From the sequence record PV158447.1: a stretch of DNA of 64,000 bases; one strand, written 5' to 3'. Under the pieces are notes generated by a model. It was not told the origin of the DNA. It saw nothing but the letters and a program-made list of their open reading frames with translations, and did no database searches. The position numbers and the translations under genes are program-made. Below are positions 57,216 through 64,000 of the stretch, piece after piece (the stretch's first letter is position 1; the number at the start of each line of letters is the position of its first letter).

Positions 57216-57860
57216 ATGGCTAAGAGTCCCGCTAAGCGGAATAAGAAGTACGACCCAGAGCGGAGTAAAACGAGTAATGTGAGGTACGTTGTTAACCAAG
57301 CGATGGGGAAGTTTTATATCGTTGGGGATCGTGGTCATAAGCCGATTAGTTTTGGTTTCTCTGATCTGTACATGAAACTTAAGGGAGCTGAACTGAAGAT
57401 AGCCAAAGATGTTTGTGTTAACTTCTTGTTTGGTGAAAAGAAGGACTGGAAGATTTGTTTCTACCACTTCTTTGATTTCCATGGAGTGAGAGAAGTTGCA
57501 ATTTTTGATTTGACCATTCCTGACGTGACGTGTGCGAGCGCTGGTGATCTGGTTGTTCCGTTAGCTAATGAAACTAAACAGATGTTGGCGGAGTCAGAAG
57601 AGTACGGGGATTTGATGAACTCGTATCTGACATACGGTTTCTACATGACCTGGTTAAATGACGACGGATTAAACCTGGACGGAATGGAGCCTGAGATCAT
57701 TGAAAGTCTGTTTAAGGTGGGTAAAGATTTCCACGTTGTTCCTGAACAAGACTTCGTATTTAATGGTTACGACATCATTGACCAAGTTGGAGATGAGAAG
57801 TTCAGTATGGTAGACAAAACTGCCATGGTAACCGATTTCGCTGAGTACATTGCTCGTTAA
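57216..57860 (+). CDS. hypothetical early protein with basic N-terminus
   Basis: AGGAG RBS; MAKSPAKRNKKYDP. Confidence 0.7.
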   Translation: MAKSPAKRNKKYDPERSKTSNVRYVVNQAMGKFYIVGDRGHKPISFGFSDLYMKLKGAELKIAKDVCVNFLFGEKKDWKICFYHFFDFHGVREVAIFDLTIPDVTCASAGDLVVPLANETKQMLAESEEYGDLMNSYLTYGFYMTWLNDDGLNLDGMEPEIIESLFKVGKDFHVVPEQDFVFNGYDIIDQVGDEKFSMVDKTAMVTDFAEYIAR

Positions 57861-57892
57861 GTTAAACACTATTTAGAAGTAAGGAAAGTAAC

Positions 57893-58237
57893 ATGAAAGC
57901 TGAATTCTTGACTAAACTGGTTGACCTGCTGACCAACCCGAAATCCAAACACCGAGTTCTTCCTCACGAAGGGGAATTTCGTTTGGCAGGATCCTCTTTC
58001 CGTACTGGGACTTTTGAACTGGTACTGAAGTATGAGGGCGATGTAATGACCCTGAGTGGTCATTGTGGTCAACAGTATTTGACTGTGACAATTGAAGAAG
58101 ACATGTTCAACTTCAAGGTCCTTCGTCGCCAGGGCGCGTTCATTAAGAACGATACCAAAATTCATCGCACTGATGCCCAAGCCATCTTTGAGTGGATGGA
58201 TAAGTGGATAAACGTAGAAGTTGCTGCTGAACAATAA
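57893..58237 (+). CDS. hypothetical protein
   Basis: AAGGAAAGTAAC-ATG RBS. Confidence 0.7.
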   Translation: MKAEFLTKLVDLLTNPKSKHRVLPHEGEFRLAGSSFRTGTFELVLKYEGDVMTLSGHCGQQYLTVTIEEDMFNFKVLRRQGAFIKNDTKIHRTDAQAIFEWMDKWINVEVAAEQ

Positions 58238-58248
58238 GGAGAAATGGA

Positions 58249-58713
58249 ATGTCTATTAAAGATGAATTTGAAAGTGGTTTGGGTGGGGTGATGAGTAATG
58301 TTGAACAAGGTGATATAAGTGCCGAGAAATCAATTCTTTATGCTGGAAGTTTCCAACATCCAGAACCAATTGGGAATTCCATTGTGGTCCCTGAAAAAGA
58401 ATACGAGCTGCTGTGCGAGAATACCACGCTCCTTGCGGAACTTAAGGAACTGACCCTGTATGGATGTTTCTGCCGACTCCCTGAGCTCTTGGCGGATATC
58501 GACAAGAAATCCTACCGTGGGATGTCTAAACGTCGTAAGAAGCGTTTCCTGAGCCGGTTACGGATGTTTGAAACCAGTACCGGTAAACTGGCTTCGGTTA
58601 AACACCTGGGTAAGAAAGGGTTCAAGTCCATCCCGATGATCCATGTGTTCGTCGAGAGTTCCGGGATTGCTTTTGAAAATTTCATGGATCAATGGCTGGG
58701 TTTGATCGCGTAA
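58249..58713 (+). CDS. hypothetical protein
   Basis: AAGGAG RBS. Confidence 0.7.
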   Translation: MSIKDEFESGLGGVMSNVEQGDISAEKSILYAGSFQHPEPIGNSIVVPEKEYELLCENTTLLAELKELTLYGCFCRLPELLADIDKKSYRGMSKRRKKRFLSRLRMFETSTGKLASVKHLGKKGFKSIPMIHVFVESSGIAFENFMDQWLGLIA

Positions 58714-58746
58714 AACCCATTCAATTTAGGAAAGAGGAAACTTGTT

Positions 58747-59016
58747 ATGAAATCGAAATTCGTTGCTTACGTTCTGTGGTTCTTTCTGGGTCTTTTCGGT
58801 GTTCACCGTTTCTACACTGGTAACATCGGGACTGGTTTGTTGTGGTTGTTTACCATGGGGTTGTTTGGGCTTGGCTGGATCCTTGATCTCTTCTTGACAT
58901 CCGGGCTGGTAGACACTGCGAATCTGAAATGGCGGTTGCTGAATCAGCAAAACAATGGGATCAACATCAATATCAACAATGGCGGTTCTCAAGAACTCAC
59001 TACCGTGACCAAATAA
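58747..59016 (+). CDS. TM2 (NINE) domain membrane protein
   Basis: AYVLWFFLGLFGVHRFYTGNIGTGLLWLFTMGLFGLGWILD, the canonical TM2 signature. Confidence 0.9.
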   Translation: MKSKFVAYVLWFFLGLFGVHRFYTGNIGTGLLWLFTMGLFGLGWILDLFLTSGLVDTANLKWRLLNQQNNGINININNGGSQELTTVTK

Positions 59017-59045
59017 ACCAATCTTCTATCAAAAAGGAAAATAAC

Positions 59046-59774
59046 ATGAAAGCTATTAATACTGTCGCTGAACTCGAAGCTCTGCGTCCCAAAATTGCTC
59101 ACGTCATTTCTCTTGTACACGAACAGAAAGGTGCACTCCCATTTGTCGAAATTCCGATCTCTTCTGGTCTGGGTGGGCTACAATCCCTGATCATTGCCTG
59201 GGAAGAAGGGGTGCGCGTGGGATCTCATGTGATGGAGGATGTTTATGGTATAGGAACGGGTGGATTTATTGGGGTCTCTCTCACTCTGGCCCGTCGTATC
59301 ATGAATAATCACCAGATCGCGATGACCAATCAGATTTCGCAACACACCCCCATCAACCAACCCGGTCACGATCGCTCTCACATCAGACCCCTCCCATATT
59401 TGGGAGCTGTTCCTAACGCCAGCATCCAACACGTTCTTGTTCGTGAGTTGGATGCAGATGACGTCAATGAGGAGAGCATCGACGCGGGCGTCACCGAAGT
59501 ATTTGTGAAATTTGTAGAAATGTACAGGAGTACCCCGTCTGTCCACCTGGCAGGACTGGTCACCATAGCCACCAAAGACAGTATTTCCATCTATGTGACT
59601 GCGCCCAATGATCCTGACCGTAATCTGTTGGTGTATCGTAGTCCGAGTTCCCGTGGTCACGATGTCGATCTTGTCCTGACTAAAGCGGCGGCACTCGCAT
59701 TGGTTCACCACAAAGAAAACCACGACATCACATTCAAACAAGTTTACGAAACAAAACCGTTTATCTTTTCTTAA
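59046..59774 (+). CDS. hypothetical protein; start 59046
   Basis: AAGGAAAATAAC-ATG. Confidence 0.7.
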   Translation: MKAINTVAELEALRPKIAHVISLVHEQKGALPFVEIPISSGLGGLQSLIIAWEEGVRVGSHVMEDVYGIGTGGFIGVSLTLARRIMNNHQIAMTNQISQHTPINQPGHDRSHIRPLPYLGAVPNASIQHVLVRELDADDVNEESIDAGVTEVFVKFVEMYRSTPSVHLAGLVTIATKDSISIYVTAPNDPDRNLLVYRSPSSRGHDVDLVLTKAAALALVHHKENHDITFKQVYETKPFIFS

Positions 59775-59780
59775 CTTGTC

Positions 59781-60407
59781 GTGAACAACCATTTAGGGAA
59801 CATGAAGATGAAAACAATTCTTACTGTTAAAGATGTACATTCCGCCATTCGCACTATTATTAACACTGTCAGGTTTGTGGATCAAAACCCCGAGATTCTG
59901 GATGGAGTGACCATTCCATTCCACCAGGGCTCTGAAAGCCTGTACAAAATCAAGGTTTCAAAACCTCACTGTGACAACCCATTGGTTACCAAGCATGGGA
60001 TTTGTTCTAAGGTAGAAGTGTTCCGGGTAGATTTGAAAACACCGTTGGAAGAAACTCTCGTTTTCGAAATGTCCGTCAGCGATTTAAGCGTTGGTTCCTA
60101 TGCCTATCATTCACTGGTTCTGGGGTTGATCAAGGTTGTCATTTCCCCGAACGTTCCCATGGAAGATATCTCTGGATGTGTTTTTGAGCGAGTTAACGAA
60201 ACGCTCGTTCTCCAGGTCAAAAGACTTGAAACTGGGACGGTAGTTTACTCCCACTCAGTACTCGCCGGTTTACCAATCTCTGATGCGGTTAAACTGGAGG
60301 CAATGTCCCTGGCGCTTCACATTAATCCAGAAAACGAAGAAGTTCCGTTTACTCACGAAGGTCGACTCAAAGCACTTCAGTCCGATCTATTTCATCATCA
60401 AGTTTAA
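59781..60407 (+). CDS. hypothetical protein (start may be 59803)
   Basis: ORF in a co-directional run; AGGGA before the internal ATG. Confidence 0.6.
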   Translation: MNNHLGNMKMKTILTVKDVHSAIRTIINTVRFVDQNPEILDGVTIPFHQGSESLYKIKVSKPHCDNPLVTKHGICSKVEVFRVDLKTPLEETLVFEMSVSDLSVGSYAYHSLVLGLIKVVISPNVPMEDISGCVFERVNETLVLQVKRLETGTVVYSHSVLAGLPISDAVKLEAMSLALHINPENEEVPFTHEGRLKALQSDLFHHQV

Positions 60408-60433
60408 CAAACTAATTGACTTAGGAATAAAGA

Positions 60434-60769
60434 ATGAAACACGTGTTTGATAAGTTGAAAGCTGGTGATGTCCGTGACATGGCCCAAAACGTGGAAGATG
60501 GCGTTAAAGCATTATGGACAACCAGGAATGATTTTCGGGTTTTTAAGCTCCCCAACGACACCACGGTTAAAGTTATCCTGAAGCCGTGTCCCAATGGTTC
60601 TTCTGAAATCATCGTTCTGTTCCGTCACCAGGAAGTAGAAGAAGTAATTGAAGTAAAGCAAGCTTTCGTTTGCACCACGGTTGGTCGGCGTGACTTCTTT
60701 GCAGATATTGCGGAAGATGTCAGTTACGAAGTCATCATGAAAGTCAACGAAACGCTGATGGCTGCTTGA
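60434..60769 (+). CDS. hypothetical protein
   Basis: AGGA RBS. Confidence 0.7.
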   Translation: MKHVFDKLKAGDVRDMAQNVEDGVKALWTTRNDFRVFKLPNDTTVKVILKPCPNGSSEIIVLFRHQEVEEVIEVKQAFVCTTVGRRDFFADIAEDVSYEVIMKVNETLMAA

Positions 60770-60773
60770 TCAT

Positions 60774-60801
60774 ACAGGAGGGTCCGATTGGGCCTTCCTG
60801 T
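60774..60801 (+). terminator. terminator hairpin
   Basis: acaggagggtcc-gatt-gggccttcctgt followed by tctttc. Confidence 0.7.
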
Positions 60802-60835
60802 TCTTTCTATTCACTTATTTATTTTCGGATCCATT

Positions 60836-61237
60836 ATGCGTACTCCTTATATTTGTTTGTTCGCTGTAATTTCTCTCGGGCTAGTTATTTGGAACCAAGT
60901 TCTGAAATATGATATAAAGACCAATCCAACTTTATCATACACCACACACCTGGTTAGTTGTTACGAAACCACCGTTGGAAAGAAATCCCATAAACGAATT
61001 GTTAATGCATGTTTGTTTAAAATGGGGGAAGATTATCAAGAACTCCACTATTCCGACAAAGTGCTTTGGGAAAGCCGTAAACTGGAAGTGGGGGATAATG
61101 TGGAAGTAACCGTTTGGGATCATCGTCCAAGAAATATCAAAGTAACAAAAATTCTAGGTTTGATCTCAATTGGTATTACTATTATCTTGTTCTTTCTTCC
61201 TCGACGTAAAGAGGAGGAATCTTATCTACCGGAGTAA
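60836..61237 (+). CDS. two-TM membrane protein
   Basis: Hydrophobic N- and C-terminal helices flanking a soluble domain; weak RBS. Confidence 0.55.
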   Translation: MRTPYICLFAVISLGLVIWNQVLKYDIKTNPTLSYTTHLVSCYETTVGKKSHKRIVNACLFKMGEDYQELHYSDKVLWESRKLEVGDNVEVTVWDHRPRNIKVTKILGLISIGITIILFFLPRRKEEESYLPE

Positions 61238-61239
61238 AC

Positions 61240-61587
61240 ATGTTATCCCTAAAACCCACACCAGTAACTCGTAAAGAAGTCAATCACGGGTTCAAACCGG
61301 AACAAGTGAAAACATACGTTCCTTCTCAAAAAGAAATTGATTCAGCTAAGAAAGCGAGTGAAGATTTCAAGCAGGAGCGAAAGGTTTACGAGAAGATCCG
61401 AATTGCTGGAAAGTTTCTAGTTTATGGTTTCGAAAAGAAACACATCGATAAGAAATTGGCAATGGATCATATCGTTGCTACGATGTTCACCGAAGCCGAA
61501 CCAGAGGTGGTTGAAGAACGGGTTTGTACTCTTCTCTATTTCTGGTATAAAGAAACCGCCATTGAGAAAATAGCTAACAGCATTTGA
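61240..61587 (+). CDS. hypothetical protein
   Basis: GGAG RBS; abuts the previous stop. Confidence 0.65.
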   Translation: MLSLKPTPVTRKEVNHGFKPEQVKTYVPSQKEIDSAKKASEDFKQERKVYEKIRIAGKFLVYGFEKKHIDKKLAMDHIVATMFTEAEPEVVEERVCTLLYFWYKETAIEKIANSI

Positions 61588-61593
61588 CAACTA

Positions 61594-61621
61594 CCTCACT
61601 CTCCCTATGGGTAGAGTGAGG
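61594..61621 (+). terminator. terminator-like hairpin (CT-rich family)
   Basis: cctcactctccc-tat-gggtagagtgagg with a 1-nt bulge. Confidence 0.6.
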
Positions 61622-61691
61622 AGCTTATTGTCATTATTATTTTTCTGTTCGATTCTATGACAGCTCAATTCTGAGAGTAAAGGAGAGTAAT

Positions 61692-62183
61692 ATGAGTAGC
61701 AGTCTTCCGATAGGAACGCCTGATACTGAAGTGTTTTATGGGAACAGTATTTATCTGGATTTTTTGGTTAACGGTCCAGATGACGAATACCCTGATCGCT
61801 TTGGTAACATGCGGTTAAGTTGGGAAGGGATTGTTAAACGAATGATGCTTCAGCGCACTTTTGTTGAAGGAATCGTTTTGGATACCACAGGGGTGGTTGC
61901 TGTTAATGGGAACATTCAATATCCAACGCCTGCTGGATTCTACCCAAAAGCACTCCGCTTCATGGGACCCGGTATCGTCACCATTGGTGATGAATGGAAG
62001 GACGGGAGTAAGTTCAGTGTGACAGTTGATCATACCGTTGCTGTTCCAGCAACGGCATGTCTATTGATGCTGAACACGGGTGTTTTCAATACCGTCAAAG
62101 GCACGGATTCTACTGTCAAATTAGCAGCGCATAGTAAAGAATTTGTGTTTGAGAAAATTGCAGGATCTTGGAGGATTTCATGA
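61692..62183 (+). CDS. putative tail-fibre distal-type domain protein
   Basis: AAAGGAG RBS; C-terminal ...KLAAHSKEFVFEKIAGSWRI resembles fibre C-terminal beta domains (recalled). Confidence 0.45.
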   Translation: MSSSLPIGTPDTEVFYGNSIYLDFLVNGPDDEYPDRFGNMRLSWEGIVKRMMLQRTFVEGIVLDTTGVVAVNGNIQYPTPAGFYPKALRFMGPGIVTIGDEWKDGSKFSVTVDHTVAVPATACLLMLNTGVFNTVKGTDSTVKLAAHSKEFVFEKIAGSWRIS

Positions 62184-63103
62184 TCACGTTGGGGACTGAT
62201 GGGAATAACGGGAGAAATGTTCAATTCGGTATGTTTAAAAATCGAATTGAACTTTTTGATTTTAAACCTGGGACGAAACGACTAGTTATTCCAGAAGGTT
62301 GGAACAAGATCAGGGTCGCTGTAATCGGAGCTGGCGGATCTGGTTCTAGTGCGACCGACCTATTCGGAACTGGCGGTGGCGGTGGTGGTGGTTATGCCGA
62401 GCGTATTATGTCGGTTAGGCCAGGTGAAGTTTACATGTATAACGTTGGTGGGGGTGGGGTCAACCAACCAGGTGGTACAACCTCATTTGGTAACATTCTT
62501 TCTGCGACTGGTGGAGATAAAGCCAGCGTGGGAACGGATGGCGTTTCATCCAAAGGAGGTGTCGGTGGAGCCGGTACTGGAGGCACTACCAACAGTCTCG
62601 GTGGAAATGGTGGTAACGGTAAACTAGCTATCAGTGGGAATCGTACTGGCGGTGGTGGCGGTGGGTCATCCGGACACCGCTACGGGAACGGCGGACCGGG
62701 TCAGGACAGTCAAGGTATCTTGGTTGAGGGTGGTAATAGCCCCCAACCAGGGAATGGCGGTTCCTGGGAGAATAACAGTAACAATATTTTGCTATACGAC
62801 GATGGTTGGGGACTCGGGATTACCCGATTTACCCCGCCATTAGCAAGTGCACTCGGAGTTGAGAGTGCTGCTGGTTCTTACATCACATGGGCCTTTACCG
62901 AGGTCGGTGTTGGTGTTGTCTCTAACCAACAGATCCCTAACTACGGTGCAGGTAACCGTGGGTACGATGGTCGTGCTCAGTATGGACTATTTGGTAGTGG
63001 TCTTGGTGGTGGTGGTGGCGGAATCTCTATATCAGTGACCTCAACTACCGTTCGTTCTGTAGCAGGCGGCAATGGTGCCGTAATTATCGAGGTGCTTGAA
63101 TGA
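62180..63103 (+). CDS. glycine-rich domain tail-fibre-associated protein; start 62180
   Basis: GGAGG RBS, ATGA coupling; VAVIGAGGSG, GGGGGGYAE and GGNGAVIIE motifs of the phage Gly-rich domain. Confidence 0.8.
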   Translation: MITLGTDGNNGRNVQFGMFKNRIELFDFKPGTKRLVIPEGWNKIRVAVIGAGGSGSSATDLFGTGGGGGGGYAERIMSVRPGEVYMYNVGGGGVNQPGGTTSFGNILSATGGDKASVGTDGVSSKGGVGGAGTGGTTNSLGGNGGNGKLAISGNRTGGGGGGSSGHRYGNGGPGQDSQGILVEGGNSPQPGNGGSWENNSNNILLYDDGWGLGITRFTPPLASALGVESAAGSYITWAFTEVGVGVVSNQQIPNYGAGNRGYDGRAQYGLFGSGLGGGGGGISISVTSTTVRSVAGGNGAVIIEVLE

Positions 63104-63369
63104 AATACGCACGTGTGATTCTCGGTCGTGTGATCGAGACTTGGGATGACAACGGTTGGGACATTACTCCTTACGATGTTTTCGTTGATGAGATCGCGGC
63201 ACAATTCGAACCGTGTCCTGAGTACGTTGAACCCAACTGGCTCAAAGTGAATGGTGAATGGGTCGCTCCTCCCGATCAGAATCTCGTGGTAGAAAACCCA
63301 CCTCCCTTTGGTGCTCCCGAGAAAGCGCATCTTCCTACTGAGGAAACTCTGGTAGAAGAAAGTAAGTGA
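63100..63369 (+). CDS. tail-fibre assembly/partner small protein
   Basis: MKYARV..G.V...FEPCPEYVEPNW...GEWVAPP, typical of the gene following Gly-rich fibre genes; ATGA coupling. Confidence 0.65.
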   Translation: MKYARVILGRVIETWDDNGWDITPYDVFVDEIAAQFEPCPEYVEPNWLKVNGEWVAPPDQNLVVENPPPFGAPEKAHLPTEETLVEESK

Positions 63370-63377
63370 TAAAAGTA

Positions 63378-63407
63378 ACCTCTACCTCCCCTAGGGGAGG
63401 TAGAGGT
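63378..63407. terminator. perfect 30-bp palindrome, bidirectional terminator (CT-rich family)
   Basis: acctctacctcccctaggggaggtagaggt is self-reverse-complementary and lies between convergent genes. Confidence 0.85.
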
Positions 63408-63417
63408 CTTTATTATG

Positions 63418-64000
63418 TCACACGTTAGCAGTCACCGTCAGGACAGCATCTTTCCAGACCTTTTCAAATACTCCTTCCGTGGTAATCATATCAAACACAA
63501 TTTGACTATCACCTTTCTTCCCAGTAGAGGTAAGAAGAATGGTATTAAGTCCCACCGTTGCTGTGGGTTTAATCAAACCAACTTCTGAATAGAAGGTATT
63601 GTCAAACCTGATGTTCTCAGTGCGAGTAATCACAATGGGCTTACCCAACTCACCAGGTCGATCTTGTTTAACTGTGAACTCTACGTTAGTGACCAAGTTC
63701 TCCAAAGCAAGTACAGTGGTATTCGATTTCAGTTTCATTGGAGCAGGGTCAATGTAGCTATTACCGTTCTGGGTGAATGTGAACCGTGATCCGCCCAGCG
63801 CCCCTTTCAGGTTGAATTTGAATTCTCCACCCAAAGCGTTAGTAGACATCTTTACTTCGTAAACACCATACGCTTGTGGATCAGTGACCCTAACGAGTTG
63901 GTTACGATAGTTTACCACCGGACTAGGTACACCCTCCGCCCCAACAATTGACATGATGTCCAAGAAACAGAACTCAACTGGATCATTTCCGGAATCCGTT
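63418..64000 (-). CDS. 3' end of a larger gene running off the window (beta-rich, probably structural)
   Basis: Frame stays open from the track's TTG (63963) to the window edge (TDSGNDPVEFCFL). Confidence 0.7.
   Translation of the reverse strand, partial: TDSGNDPVEFCFLDIMSIVGAEGVPSPVVNYRNQLVRVTDPQAYGVYEVKMSTNALGGEFKFNLKGALGGSRFTFTQNGNSYIDPAPMKLKSNTTVLALENLVTNVEFTVKQDRPGELGKPIVITRTENIRFDNTFYSEVGLIKPTATVGLNTILLTSTGKKGDSQIVFDMITTEGVFEKVWKDAVLTVTANV

Noticed and set aside
62341-63030. GGT/GGC tracts as microsatellites or contingency loci
   Set aside because: In-frame poly-Gly coding with mixed codons
8019-63407. Recurrent hairpin family as a CRISPR array or IS ends
   Set aside because: Dispersed single copies with no spacer periodicity, no cas or transposase genes, and no target-site duplications
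1-64000. tRNA, rRNA or tmRNA genes
   Set aside because: No intergenic gap shows cloverleaf or GTTCRA features; a tRNAscan-SE/ARAGORN run would confirm

Overview
This window is 64 kb of a lytic jumbo phage genome of the phiKZ-related (Chimalliviridae-like) type, with a Gram-negative, probably gammaproteobacterial host. Family assignment rests on recognised motifs and synteny; no search was run, and chimallin is not in the window. 1-45 kb is the conserved core: head/baseplate genes, DnaB helicase, major capsid protein, non-virion RNA polymerase beta-N subunit, portal, RuvC, a holin-like gene beside an overlapping spanin pair, paralogous tail-tip/fibre genes (the last ending in DUF285-type repeats), baseplate spike and SbcC. 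46-64 kb is mostly accessory: signal-peptide lytic transglycosylase, NAD+ ligase, RNase H, a divergent QueC-like PP-loop enzyme, XRE HTH, TM2 protein, small unknown ORFs and a Gly-rich tail-fibre-like module. Non-coding structure is very regular: an ~18-bp early-type promoter motif (TTTTCAAATAGATATTAT) occurs six times, one copy pointing antisense through a late gene. All five convergent junctions carry a related CT-rich hairpin and all four divergent junctions are 32 bp or shorter. The best novelty candidates are the early genes: a paralogous glycine-zipper membrane pair with a nested isoform, a Zn-motif-less QueC, and an exported transglycosylase. No tRNA, CRISPR array, integrase, transposase, intron or intein was seen.
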